Assembly: GCA_039679545.1 (NCBI GenBank)
Contig: JBDKUT010000153.1
Location: 1-56,625 of the forward strand
Source of the DNA: Thermotogota bacterium
GTDB lineage: Bacteria; Bipolaricaulota; Bipolaricaulia; UBA7950; UBA9294
Direction of reading: 5' to 3'
Length of the DNA: 56,625 nt
The notes beneath the pieces were generated by a model. It was not told the DNA's origin and made no database searches. It worked only from the letters and a program-made list of their open reading frames with translations. Within the stretch, counting starts at the first letter, position 1, and every line of letters begins with the position of its first letter. The position numbers and the translations under genes are program-made. Below are positions 35,896-45,913 of this stretch, piece after piece.

Positions 35896-37059
35896 TCACG
35901 TCCCGCGAAACTCGCACTGCACCGCCCGCACGAGGTCCGGTGAGGTCAGGATATCGACCGTCGTCATCGCCATGGCCTTCGCCGCGGCCAGCATTCCCCG
36001 CAGCCCTCGCTCGGATTGCGACGCCTCGGCGAAGTCTCGCGAGTGGAAGGCGATCGCCCAGTCGCAGATTGCGACGTAGGCATGGATCGCCGGCACGGTT
36101 TGGCTGACGTCGCCCATGTCCGTCGAGCCATACGGAAGGTTCTCCGCGTCGAACGTCCACCCGAGGCTTTCGAGGTTGCGGGTGAACGCCGCTCCGAGGG
36201 CTCGGTTGGGACGCATCGCCTTGTACGGAGGCGAAACCTCGCTCATCGAGAACGACGCTCCGGCAGCCAGGGCAGCTCCCTTGGCGCACCGCTCCAGCTT
36301 TCCGAGCAACTCGTCGCGGTAGGTCGTCTCGGCCGCGCGAACGTAGAACTCGGCCGCCGCGTACTCGGGGACGATGTTCGGCTTCGTCCCTCCGCTCGTG
36401 ATGATCCCGTGGATCCGCGCCCCATCCCGGATGTGCTGCCGCAGCGCATTGATGCCGTTGAAGGTCTGAATCACGGCGTCAAGAGCGTTCACGCCCTTTT
36501 CCGGAGACGCCGACGCGTGCGCGGCGACGCCGCGGAACTCGAGCCGCACCTCGGAGATCGCGAGGCTGCCGTGGTGGACAGCGGTGAACGACGCGGGATG
36601 GAACATCATCGCGGCGTCGACGCCGCGGAAGACCCCGGCGTCGACCATCACGACCTTGCCGCCGCCGCCCTCTTCGGCGGGCGTGCCAAGGAACATGAGG
36701 CGCCCGGGCAACTCCTGCTTGACAGTCGCCACGGCGAGGACCGCGCCGAGCGCTCCCGCGGCGATGAGGTTGTGGCCGCAGGCGTGGCCGAGCTCTGGAA
36801 GGGCGTCGTATTCGCCAAGAATCGCCACGGTCGGCCCAGGCTTCGCTGACGGGTGAACGGCTCGGATCGCTGTCGCGAGGCCGGCGATCTCCGTCTCGAC
36901 GTCGAATCCTGACGCCCGCAACTCGTCGGCAAGAAGCTTCGTGGCCCGTACTTCTTCGAACTTCTCTTCCGGGTGCTCGAAGATCTCCCGACTGATCGAT
37001 CGGAGCCGTCCCTCCAGGGTGTCGACGGCCTCGACTACGCACGCCTTTGCATCGCTCAT
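35896..37059 (-). CDS. M20 family amidohydrolase
   Basis: EYDALP..GHACGHNLI, GTPAEE, FHP, GSTDMG.VS. Confidence 0.9.
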   Translation of the reverse strand: MSDAKACVVEAVDTLEGRLRSISREIFEHPEEKFEEVRATKLLADELRASGFDVETEIAGLATAIRAVHPSAKPGPTVAILGEYDALPELGHACGHNLIAAGALGAVLAVATVKQELPGRLMFLGTPAEEGGGGKVVMVDAGVFRGVDAAMMFHPASFTAVHHGSLAISEVRLEFRGVAAHASASPEKGVNALDAVIQTFNGINALRQHIRDGARIHGIITSGGTKPNIVPEYAAAEFYVRAAETTYRDELLGKLERCAKGAALAAGASFSMSEVSPPYKAMRPNRALGAAFTRNLESLGWTFDAENLPYGSTDMGDVSQTVPAIHAYVAICDWAIAFHSRDFAEASQSERGLRGMLAAAKAMAMTTVDILTSPDLVRAVQCEFRGT

Positions 37060-37081
37060 CCCGTTCACTCCTCTCCGAGCC

Positions 37082-37774
37082 CTAGTTTCTATGTACCGCG
37101 AATGCGTCGCGCACTGTGGCCTCGACCAGGGCGTCGAGCGCGTCGACCCACACGAGCGATTCGTCGACCCTCCCGAGAAGCGACAGTTCCGTGCACCCGA
37201 CGAGAATCGCCCGCGCTCCGGACGCCTGGAGCGTGCCGACGACGCGGCCGATGTCCTTCCGGAGCGGCTCCGGCGCAGGGTATGCCTTCAGCGCGGCGAT
37301 CACGTGGGTAACGTCCGCCTGGCGCTCCTCGTCCGGCACCAGCACGTCGAGGCCCCGTCGCCGTCCGACGTCCTGGTAGAGGCCGAGGCGCACCGTCGCC
37401 GTCGTGGCGAGAAGCCCGACCGGTCCCTTCTCGATCTTCGCCGTTGCCTCTTCCAGCATGTCGAGAACCGGGATCGATACAGCGTCTCGAATTGCGTTGA
37501 GGTAGGCGTGGGCCGTGTTGCACGGCATGGTGAGGAGTTCCGCGCCCGCCGCTTCCAGGCCACGAGCAATCTCGCGCAGCCGCGGCGCGGGATCCGGTCC
37601 GCCATGGAGGATCGCCGCCGTCCGCGCGGGGATCCGCGGGTCGCTGTCGATGAGAACCCGCAGGTGTTGGTCGTCACGCGTCGCAGGAGTTGCGATGATT
37701 AGACGACGGAAGAACTCGGCGGTTGCCGCCGGTCCCATCCCTCCGATCACGCCCACCGTCTTCGGCCTGTTCAT
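37082..37774 (-). CDS. Aspartate/glutamate racemase family protein
   Basis: GGMGP.AT, PCNTAH and GCTEL (both catalytic Cys). Confidence 0.9.
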   Translation of the reverse strand: MNRPKTVGVIGGMGPAATAEFFRRLIIATPATRDDQHLRVLIDSDPRIPARTAAILHGGPDPAPRLREIARGLEAAGAELLTMPCNTAHAYLNAIRDAVSIPVLDMLEEATAKIEKGPVGLLATTATVRLGLYQDVGRRRGLDVLVPDEERQADVTHVIAALKAYPAPEPLRKDIGRVVGTLQASGARAILVGCTELSLLGRVDESLVWVDALDALVEATVRDAFAVHRN

Positions 37775-37873
37775 CGTTTGATTCCAGCTCCTCGTTCGAT
37801 CCTGTTTGTGAAGCGTAGAAGGTTGCGGTCTCCCACGCAATCCCGGCTTACTCCCTCCGCGCCCCCGAGCGTC

Positions 37874-38830
37874 TCACGCGCCGTAGCGAGCAAGCGCCGA
37901 CGCAACGAAGCACGGTGCCGCCACGCCGAGGATGGGAGCATAGTCCGACAAGTCGAACGACAGCACCTCGAATGGTGCGGGAACCCCGAGGTACGCGGCG
38001 AGGGTGGGGAGGATCTCCCGCTGATCGTTCAGGAGCCTGCCGCGCGACAAGGCGTACGCCCCGGCCCGGTCCCCACGGGTGAGTGCCGCTTCGAGGCAGT
38101 CCTCGACCGCGGGACGGATGCCCGCAACGAGCACGCCCCGATCGGCCGGAGCCCCGGCGACCCACGTCTCGCCGTACCCCGTCCCGTAGTGAACGAGATC
38201 GCCGGTCGTCACCACGGCGGTCTTCGCGTCTCGCTCCGCCTGAATCCACGCCGCAAGTTCATCTGCCGCCGTAAATGCCCCACTCACCGGATCGCGCGTC
38301 ATGCCAACGTACGCAGCAAGGACCGGGAGCGGGCGCTGACCGAGGGCGTCCGCCCCGGCGCGGCACACGGTGAGAAACGTGTCGAGGGAAAACTCCGCGT
38401 CGAGAAGGGCACCGCGCTCGAAGCGGGCGACGTCGCTCGAATCGTTCGGTCGCCACAGCGGGACTGCGCCGAGGGGCGTCTCCGCGGCGGCGTCCGGACG
38501 AAAGAACGCTCCCCGTACGACGCGAAACGCGTCGGCTCGTCGGCTTGCGGACTCGCGCACATCGAGCGCCGTCCGGTAGACATCGACACCCCCGCTGTGC
38601 AGGACGCCGAGCGCCAGGATCCGTTCGACCTTGGCATCGAAGAGGCTTCTCACGGCGCGAGCCTGCAGCGGCCCGGCGTACGCGAGCGCGGTGTGAGGAA
38701 ACGACAGCACGGCGCCGCGCCGCACGGCGGCGGCGATCGACGCGTCGGCACCCTCAAGCACCCATCGAGCCATCGCGTCGCGCGCTTCGGGAGCGGCGCA
38801 CTCACGCCGGTAGTAGGGCTTCCAGTCCAT
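37874..38830 (-). CDS. Hypothetical protein with weak MEMO1/AmmeMemoRadiSam-B-like motifs
   Basis: GGAGGAG RBS; PH...YAG, TPLG.V, EFSLD, TGDLVHYG. Confidence 0.55.
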   Translation of the reverse strand: MDWKPYYRRECAAPEARDAMARWVLEGADASIAAAVRRGAVLSFPHTALAYAGPLQARAVRSLFDAKVERILALGVLHSGGVDVYRTALDVRESASRRADAFRVVRGAFFRPDAAAETPLGAVPLWRPNDSSDVARFERGALLDAEFSLDTFLTVCRAGADALGQRPLPVLAAYVGMTRDPVSGAFTAADELAAWIQAERDAKTAVVTTGDLVHYGTGYGETWVAGAPADRGVLVAGIRPAVEDCLEAALTRGDRAGAYALSRGRLLNDQREILPTLAAYLGVPAPFEVLSFDLSDYAPILGVAAPCFVASALARYGA

Positions 38831-39134
38831 GTTCTCCTCCGCGAGTGAGCATACCCCACGTCGCGCGCCGGAGGAGAGAACTCGGGAAGCGCGCTGCATG
38901 CGAGTTCCGTTTGGGTTCCCCGAAAAGGGGCGAGTGGAGAGGCGCCGCCCCTCCACTCGACTGGGCACCGGGTGGTGCTAGCTGTCTGTAGTCAGGATCA
39001 TGACACACGCCCTTCTATCAGATACGGTCATGTGTCCACCATCCCTTGGACAGCGCGAACTCTAGGGCCTCCGGCGCCTCACGCCGGCACGGGCCTTCGG
39101 CGTGTGATGTCTCTCACGTCTGGAGGAAGTCCCG

Positions 39135-40514
39135 CTAGCGGCTCACGTACTCGTGAATCGCGGCCGCGGCGCGTTTCCCGGCTCCCATCGCCTCGATGAC
39201 GGTCGCCGCCCCGGTGACGATGTCGCCGCCCGCATAAACACCGCGCAGGTTCGTCGCCCCGGTCGTCGCGTCGGCGGCGATGTTCCCCGACTTCGTGAGT
39301 GCGAGGTCCGGCGTCGTCTGCGGAATGAGCGGGTGAGGTCCATTCCCGATGGCGATGACGACGGTGTCGGTCTCGATCTCGAACTCCGATCCCTTGACCG
39401 GGACGGGGCGTCGGCGCCCGCTCGCATCCGGCGTGCCGAGCTCCATGCGGAGGCAACGCACCGCACGGACGCGCCCTGTGTCGCCGAGGAACTCGATCGG
39501 GTTGGTGAGGAGTCGGAGTTGGACCCCCTCCTCCTTCGCGTGGTGAACCTCCTCTTTCCTCGCCGGCAGCTCGGCCTCACTGCGCCGATAGACGATGAAC
39601 GACTCCTCGGCACCGAGCCGCAACGCGGTGCGCGCTGAATCCATCGCCACGTTGCCGCCGCCGACGGTCACCACGCGCCGCCCGACCTTGATCGGGGTGT
39701 CATACTCCGGGAAGCGGTACGCGCGCATCAGGTTCGTGCGGGTAAGGAACTCGTTCGCCGAGTAGACACCGTTCAGGTTCTCTCCAGGAACGCCGAGGAA
39801 CTGCGGTAGGCCGGCGCCGGTGCCCACGAACGCCGCGTCGTAGCCGTCGCACAGGAGTTCGTGGATCGTCGCGACCCGGCCGACGACCTTGTTGACTTCG
39901 ATGCGAACGCCCATGCGGCAGAGCGTGTCGATCTCTCGCTGCACGATCGCCTTCGGAAGACGGAACTCGGGGATCCCGTACATCAAGACGCCGCCGGCGA
40001 CGTGGAGCAGCTCGAAGACCGTGACGTCGTGTCCGCGGCGACGTAGTTCGCCAGCCGCCGTCAGTCCCGCGGGCCCCGATCCGACGATCGCGATCCGCTT
40101 CCCGGTCGCCGGCTTCACGGCCGGCGTGCACGCTTCGTGGGCGGCCTCCCAATCGGCGCAGAACCGCTCCAGCCGCCCAATGGCCACCGGCTCGAGCTTC
40201 TTGCCGAGGGTGCAGACGCCCTGGCACTGCGTTTCCTGCGGACAGACGCGCCCGCACACCGCCGGAAGTGCGTTCGATTCCTTGATCCGCGCGATCGCCG
40301 CATCGACCTTGCGCTCCTTGACGGCCCGGATGAACCCCGGGATGTCGATGCCGACCGGGCATCCGCCCACGCACGGAGCGTTCTTGCACTGCAGGCAGCG
40401 AGACGCCTCGCGGACGGCCTCGTCCTCCGAGTAGCCGAGGGGAACTTCGTTGAAGTTGCGAATCCGAACGTCGGGAGCCTGTTCCTGCATCGGGGTCGCC
40501 TTCGGCTCGATCAC
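39135..40514 (-). CDS. nfnB: Nfn large subunit (SudA / glutamate synthase beta-like)
   Basis: EA.RCL.C...C..GCP, CGRVCPQE.QC, GSGPAGL, GGGNVAMD, YRR, GGDIVTG. Confidence 0.9.
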   Translation of the reverse strand: MIEPKATPMQEQAPDVRIRNFNEVPLGYSEDEAVREASRCLQCKNAPCVGGCPVGIDIPGFIRAVKERKVDAAIARIKESNALPAVCGRVCPQETQCQGVCTLGKKLEPVAIGRLERFCADWEAAHEACTPAVKPATGKRIAIVGSGPAGLTAAGELRRRGHDVTVFELLHVAGGVLMYGIPEFRLPKAIVQREIDTLCRMGVRIEVNKVVGRVATIHELLCDGYDAAFVGTGAGLPQFLGVPGENLNGVYSANEFLTRTNLMRAYRFPEYDTPIKVGRRVVTVGGGNVAMDSARTALRLGAEESFIVYRRSEAELPARKEEVHHAKEEGVQLRLLTNPIEFLGDTGRVRAVRCLRMELGTPDASGRRRPVPVKGSEFEIETDTVVIAIGNGPHPLIPQTTPDLALTKSGNIAADATTGATNLRGVYAGGDIVTGAATVIEAMGAGKRAAAAIHEYVSR

Positions 40515-41362
40515 CGCGCCACCCCCTCGCCTCGCTTGTCGGCAAGGTACTTCTCCACCGCGCACTTCTCCTCTTCGGCGTAGAACCGCTGGCGTGAAAT
40601 CAGGAGATCGAAGTCCACCTTGTGTGCGTCGAACTCGGGACCGTCGACGCACGCGAACTTCGCTTCTCCCCCGACCTGGACGCGGCATCCGCCGCACATC
40701 CCCGTCCCGTCGATCATCACGGAGTTCAGGCTGACGACGGTGGGCACTCCGAACTCCCGGGTGACTCCGGAGCACACCTTCATCATGATCGCCGGCCCGA
40801 TCGCCCACACCCTGGCGACCTTCCGGCCGCTCGCCAGGATCTCGCGCAACGGGTCGCTGACGAATCCCTTTCGGCCGTACGTCCCGTCGTCCGTCATGAT
40901 GTGGAGCTGGTCGCAGACGGCGGCCATCCGATCCTCGTAGAAGAGAAGGTCACGACTGCGCGCCCCGAGGATGCCGACAACCTCATTGCCGGCGGCTTTC
41001 AGGTCGCGGGCGATCGGATAGAGCGGCGCAATGCCGAGACCGCCGCCGATGCAGATGACGGTTCCGTACCGCTCGATCTCGGAGGGAAGGCCAAGTGGGC
41101 CTGCGACGTCGAGAATCGAGTCGCCCTTCTGGAAGTGGTCGCCCATCTCCTGCGTGCTCTTGCCAACCTCTTGGACGACGAGAGTCACGCCGCCCGTCTT
41201 GCGATCGCAGTCGACAATCGTAAGCGGAATCCGCTCGCCGCGCTCGTGCAGCCGGAGAACGACAAACTGCCCTGCTTTCCCGACCTTCGCCACGTCGGGA
41301 GCCTCGACGACGTACTCCCGGATCTTCGGACCGAGGGTCCGCTTGCTCAGGATTTTGTACAC
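40511..41362 (-). CDS. nfnA: Nfn small subunit (SudB; FAD/NAD, 2Fe-2S)
   Basis: GERIPLTI, GPLG, GGGLG, M.DGTGMCGGCRV..ACVDGPEFD; overlaps the nfnB start. Confidence 0.92.
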   Translation of the reverse strand: MYKILSKRTLGPKIREYVVEAPDVAKVGKAGQFVVLRLHERGERIPLTIVDCDRKTGGVTLVVQEVGKSTQEMGDHFQKGDSILDVAGPLGLPSEIERYGTVICIGGGLGIAPLYPIARDLKAAGNEVVGILGARSRDLLFYEDRMAAVCDQLHIMTDDGTYGRKGFVSDPLREILASGRKVARVWAIGPAIMMKVCSGVTREFGVPTVVSLNSVMIDGTGMCGGCRVQVGGEAKFACVDGPEFDAHKVDFDLLISRQRFYAEEEKCAVEKYLADKRGEGVAR

Positions 41363-41483
41363 GCTTCCTCTTCCTCCCAGGCCAAGGTTGCTACTACGTC
41401 AGCGTCGGGATTTTGCCGGCCGTCGAAGCCTGCCGCAAGCTGCGCAGCGGCCTCCACAACCGTACAATCGACAAGGTGGTTGA

Positions 41484-42137
41484 ATGCATTGCTACGTGGA
41501 AAGCGATGGACGGATCTACCTGGTGCGGCGGAACGGCCTTCTCGACCTTCCGACCCCCGAAGAACTGCCGTTCCCTATTGAGCGCATCGCTCCTTTGGGG
41601 TCCGACCCGGACGACGGCGAGCCGCACGCATGGTTTTGCGTTCCGAAGCTCGACGCCCATCCGACCGCATGGCCCAGCAAAGACGACGTCCCATTCCTGT
41701 CCGATGTGACGCCGAGGGTTCGCGCGGCGGTCCACGCTTCGATGCCGCGCGTCGTTGTCGAGGGGATCTGCATCGAGCGCGCTCGAGCGCTCCTCGTCCT
41801 GGGAAGCCGAGGCCTCAACGAGGGCCGCTGGTCTCTCCCCGGCGGGTTCTTGCGATACGGCGAATCTCCAGAGGAAGGCCTTCTCCGGGAGATCCGCGAG
41901 GAGGTCGGCGCCCCGGCGACGATCCTCCGACCCGCGGGCGTCCACGCCAAGCTGGGCCCAAAGACGCGGCTGCACTGGATCATGTTCTTCTATCGATTCA
42001 AGCTCCGAGGGACCCCGCACCCGGACCCGGACGAGATCGCGGAAGCGAGGTTCATCGACCTTCGCGAAGCGCCGAGCATGCTCCACGACCCTGCGATGGC
42101 CGAGGCCGTGCGGCGAGAGAGCGAGCTCCCGGCGTAG
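41484..42137 (+). CDS. NUDIX hydrolase with N-terminal extension
   Basis: Nudix box PGG....GES.EE...REI.EEVG. Confidence 0.85.
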   Translation: MHCYVESDGRIYLVRRNGLLDLPTPEELPFPIERIAPLGSDPDDGEPHAWFCVPKLDAHPTAWPSKDDVPFLSDVTPRVRAAVHASMPRVVVEGICIERARALLVLGSRGLNEGRWSLPGGFLRYGESPEEGLLREIREEVGAPATILRPAGVHAKLGPKTRLHWIMFFYRFKLRGTPHPDPDEIAEARFIDLREAPSMLHDPAMAEAVRRESELPA

Positions 42138-42296
42138 CGCCGGAGCCGCGTGCGTGGAGTTCGGCCGTCCATCCTCTTGCCGAATTCCCTGACCGCCCGA
42201 CAGGATTTCCCCAGAAGAGATCAGCCGGTTCGTGCCTCTGGTGCCGAACTCCCCAACTGCCCGACACCAAGGACCGTCGGGCAGCTCACAGTCCCC

Positions 42297-43403
42297 TTAC
42301 AGCAGCTCGATCTCGATTTCGAGCGTCGCGTCCACGCTCCACTCGGTGTAGTAGGGACGGTGCTCGAAGACGAGCCCCACGATCACGGAGGCCGTGTCGA
42401 GCGGCGTCATGACGAGATCCAGCGACACCTGATGGGTGTCCGTCGGAATGCCGGCGTTCGTCTCCCGGACGAAGTCATACGCCGCGCGCAGGGTCAGGTA
42501 CTCGTACGTCATGTAGTCGTACGAGGTCGAGAGGTCGATGCGGTTCGTCGTGGCCAACGCCGGAGGACCGGACAAGGTTCCCTGCACGAGGAACTGGGTG
42601 TTCGGTGCCGTGGAGAACGCGTAGTTGAATGCTGCGGTGACCAGAAGGTTGTTCACGCCTTCCGATGGATCCAGAATCTCGTAACCTAACCCGATCTTCG
42701 CGTCCCAGCCGCAGTAGCGCGAGAATGACTCGTCCTGGATGAACTTCGTCATCTCCGAGATGTCGATCGCGTCCAGCCCGCCCTCGCGCACGAGTCCAGA
42801 GTCTTCGATAATGTCCTGAACCACGGTCAACAAGTCGGCGGTCGAGTCGTACTCCGCGGCGCTGCTGATTTCGTACGCGAGGATCTGCAGGTCAACGGCG
42901 TGGAGGTGATCGATCAGGCTTCCCCGACGCACAAGGTACGTGTCGATCCGCGTCGCGGTCGCCAGCGGCGTCACGTCGGTAAACCGCCCGTACCCCACCC
43001 CCGCGCTCGCTGTGAGCCCGAGAGCTCCGCTTGACGACAGGCTGCGCGCGCTTGCCCCCGTGAATGCGAAGAGGTCTTCCTCCGAAGCGAAGTAGCGCTT
43101 GTAGTTCCCGTCAGCGCGGAGGGTGTATGTGAGTTCATCCTTCGTGGCCGTCATCTCGCCGTCCACGTGGATGTCAAAACCGTACTCGGGCCGGTCGTAG
43201 AGCCGGACGTAGCTCGCAGAGAAATCGCCGTTGCTCTTGTCCCTTTCCGCAAGCCCGTACGGGTCGTTGTGGTACTCGTAGGAGAAGGAGAGCGCCAGGT
43301 CCGACAGATCCGTCAGGGGCGATTGGTAGCTGCACAACGGCACGGCGTACGCCAGCGCCGGGCTCAGAGCGGCAACAGCAAGACCGAGCAGGAACCCCTT
43401 CAT
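42297..43403 (-). CDS. Secreted protein, probable outer-membrane beta-barrel
   Basis: Signal peptide (..AYA); many alternating Tyr/Phe-rich strands; amphipathic final strand. Confidence 0.55.
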   Translation of the reverse strand: MKGFLLGLAVAALSPALAYAVPLCSYQSPLTDLSDLALSFSYEYHNDPYGLAERDKSNGDFSASYVRLYDRPEYGFDIHVDGEMTATKDELTYTLRADGNYKRYFASEEDLFAFTGASARSLSSSGALGLTASAGVGYGRFTDVTPLATATRIDTYLVRRGSLIDHLHAVDLQILAYEISSAAEYDSTADLLTVVQDIIEDSGLVREGGLDAIDISEMTKFIQDESFSRYCGWDAKIGLGYEILDPSEGVNNLLVTAAFNYAFSTAPNTQFLVQGTLSGPPALATTNRIDLSTSYDYMTYEYLTLRAAYDFVRETNAGIPTDTHQVSLDLVMTPLDTASVIVGLVFEHRPYYTEWSVDATLEIEIELL

Positions 43404-43539
43404 CCCCATCACCTCACGGTAGAACGTAGGGTGACGATCGGATACCGACGGCCGAATCCTTCCGCTCGCAAGGTGCGGGTTGTCCCCCATCGCGCCGCGA
43501 CCACCGTCCACTCCGCGCCGCGACCACCGTCCCCCTTTC

Positions 43540-44601
43540 CTAGAAGAGCGGCAGCTGGCGAGCCGTCGTCCCAACGAGGTTCCCGACACCGACGCCGATC
43601 AACCGGACTCCACGGTCGTCGAGGTCGACCCGGTGGCGCAGCAGGTGGACGGCGACCGCCTCGATCACGCTCACCGAGTCGACGGGAACTCCAAGTCGGA
43701 GCTGCCGCGTAACCGTGCGAAAGTCGGGGTAGCGGATCTTGACCCGCACCGTGCGGCAGAGGAGCGACTCCTCCTCCAGGTTGGCCGCCACAATCCGCGC
43801 CATGCGCTCGACCTCGCTTTGGATCTCGTCCGTCGAGATGAGGTTGAACGCGTACGTCGTCTCGCGAGAAATCGATCGCGACTCCGTTTCCCCAACGAGG
43901 GGGGTATCATCTCGCCCGTGGGCCAGTTCGAACAGTCTTTCCCCGTACGCTCCGAACTCGCGGACGAGGAGTTCGATGCCAGCCTGACGCAGGTCCACGA
44001 CCCGGAGGAGCCCGAGGCTGCGGAGCCTCTTCTCGGTCACCTCTCCGACGCCCCAGACCCTGCCCACCGGAAGGGGATCGAGGATCTCCCGGACCGCGGC
44101 CGGCTCGATCACTCGGAACCCGTTCGGCTTGTCGAGCTCGGAGGCGAGCTTAGCCAGGAAGCGATTCGGCGCCAGTCCGACCGAGCACGTCAACCCGGTT
44201 TCCGCTTCTACACTTCGCTTGATTTCACGCGCCGCCAACTCGACCGCGTCGCCGTGGTGAGTCAGGTCGAAGAACGCCTCGTCGAGTGAGATCGTCTCCA
44301 TGACCGAAGTCGATCGCAGGATGACGGCACGGACCCGTTCGGAGACCTCGTGGTACCGCTCGAACCGACCGGGAAGGAAGATGCCGTCCGGACAGCGCCG
44401 GTGCGCGAGCGCCATCGGCATGGCGCTGTGCACCCCGTACGGACGCGCTTCGTACGATGCCGTTGCAACAACACCCCGTGGGCCGAGACCTCCAACGATG
44501 ACCGGCCTACCGCGGTAGGTCGGCTCGTCGAGCTGCTCGACCGAAGCGAAGAACGCGTCCATGTCGAGGTGCCCGATCCACCGCTCGCACTCGCCGCTCA
44601 C
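43540..44601 (-). CDS. dinB: DNA polymerase IV
   Basis: HLDMDAFFASVE, ASYEAR.YG, SLDEAF, LAK.AS..KP.G; C-terminal clamp-binding QLPLF. Confidence 0.95.
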   Translation of the reverse strand: MSGECERWIGHLDMDAFFASVEQLDEPTYRGRPVIVGGLGPRGVVATASYEARPYGVHSAMPMALAHRRCPDGIFLPGRFERYHEVSERVRAVILRSTSVMETISLDEAFFDLTHHGDAVELAAREIKRSVEAETGLTCSVGLAPNRFLAKLASELDKPNGFRVIEPAAVREILDPLPVGRVWGVGEVTEKRLRSLGLLRVVDLRQAGIELLVREFGAYGERLFELAHGRDDTPLVGETESRSISRETTYAFNLISTDEIQSEVERMARIVAANLEEESLLCRTVRVKIRYPDFRTVTRQLRLGVPVDSVSVIEAVAVHLLRHRVDLDDRGVRLIGVGVGNLVGTTARQLPLF

Positions 44602-44688
44602 GGTCGCCGCCTCCTCGCACGGGGAAAGCCCAGGCTCGTCGGCGGCTTCTTGGGCGAGGCCGCCGACGACAGGATAGAATCGGATTCT

Positions 44689-45264
44689 ATGGGCTTCAAG
44701 GGCCGAATCGCCCTGACCGGGCGCCCTGGCGTCGGGAAGACGACCCTCATCGAGCGCCTCCTCGAGCGGCTTCCCGTCTCGGCCGGCGGGATGCTGACCA
44801 AGGAGATCCGCGTGTGCGGCCACCGCGTCGGCTTCGCCATCGTCGACGTCGCGACCCGACGCGAAGAGGTTCTCGCCCACATTCACCAGCGCGTCGGTCC
44901 GAAGGTTGGAGCCTACACCGTGAACCTCAAGTCGCTGGAGGAGTTCGGAATCCCGGCGATCCTCCGTGCGATTGAAGGGAACGACCTCGTCGTGATCGAC
45001 GAGGTCGCGCCGATGGAGATGTCGTCTCCCCGCTTCGTCCCCGCCGTCGAGGCCGCGCTTGCAAGCCCGAAGGGGCTCCTCATCTCCACGCACGCCCACG
45101 CCGACTGCCCGATCGCCCACCGCGTCCGGCAGGAGCTCCACCTCGTCCGCGTCCGCCTAGGAAACCGAGACGAGCTGGTGGATTCGATCCTCGCGGCGCT
45201 GGGCGTACAGGACCGTCCCGAACCTACGCCGCAGGAGCGGACCGGAGCGCATCGCGGTCCGTGA
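44689..45264 (+). CDS. THEP1/NTPase_1 family nucleoside triphosphatase
   Basis: TGRPGVGKTT, T.EIR..G.RVGF, VG.Y.V, VIDEVAPME. Confidence 0.88.
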   Translation: MGFKGRIALTGRPGVGKTTLIERLLERLPVSAGGMLTKEIRVCGHRVGFAIVDVATRREEVLAHIHQRVGPKVGAYTVNLKSLEEFGIPAILRAIEGNDLVVIDEVAPMEMSSPRFVPAVEAALASPKGLLISTHAHADCPIAHRVRQELHLVRVRLGNRDELVDSILAALGVQDRPEPTPQERTGAHRGP

Positions 45265-45265
45265 G

Positions 45266-45913
45266 TCACCGCCCCGACTTCGGAACGTCCTCCCAATCCT
45301 TGAGGAACCGCTCGATGCCGACGTCGGTCAGCGGGTGGCGGAACATTTGCTTCAGCACGGCGTACGGGACCGTCGCGATCTCCGCTCCGAGGAGCGCGGC
45401 CTCAAGGACATGTCGCGGGTGGCGTACGCTCGCGACGATCACCTCGGTTCCGAACGCGTAGTTCCGGAGCGTCTCGAGGATCTCAGCGACGAGATCCATC
45501 CCACCGCCGCCCACGTCGTCGACCCGACCCACGAACGGGGAGACGAACGACGCGCCGCACTTCGCGGCGAGGAGGGCCTGATTCGCGGAGAAGACAAGGG
45601 TTACGTTCGTGCGAATGCCCTCCGCGGCAAGGATCCGCACCGCCTTCATGCCGTTCTCGGTCATCGGGACCTTGATCACGACGTTCTCGTGAAGCGCCGC
45701 AAGGGGGCGGGCCTGGGACACCATCCCGTCGGCGTCCATTGCCGTCACCTCGGCGCTCACCGGCCCGTCGACCAGGTCACAGATCTCCCTGATCACCTTC
45801 TCGAACGGACGCTTCTCTTTCGCGACGAGCGACGGGTTCGTCGTCACTCCGTCGATCAGCCAGGCCAGGTCTCGGATTTCCTCGACGTTCGCCGTATCCA
45901 GAAAGAGCTTCAT
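45266..45913 (-). CDS. tal: Transaldolase (Fsa/TalC type)
   Basis: [38 protein letters not shown]. Confidence 0.93.
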   Translation of the reverse strand: MKLFLDTANVEEIRDLAWLIDGVTTNPSLVAKEKRPFEKVIREICDLVDGPVSAEVTAMDADGMVSQARPLAALHENVVIKVPMTENGMKAVRILAAEGIRTNVTLVFSANQALLAAKCGASFVSPFVGRVDDVGGGGMDLVAEILETLRNYAFGTEVIVASVRHPRHVLEAALLGAEIATVPYAVLKQMFRHPLTDVGIERFLKDWEDVPKSGR

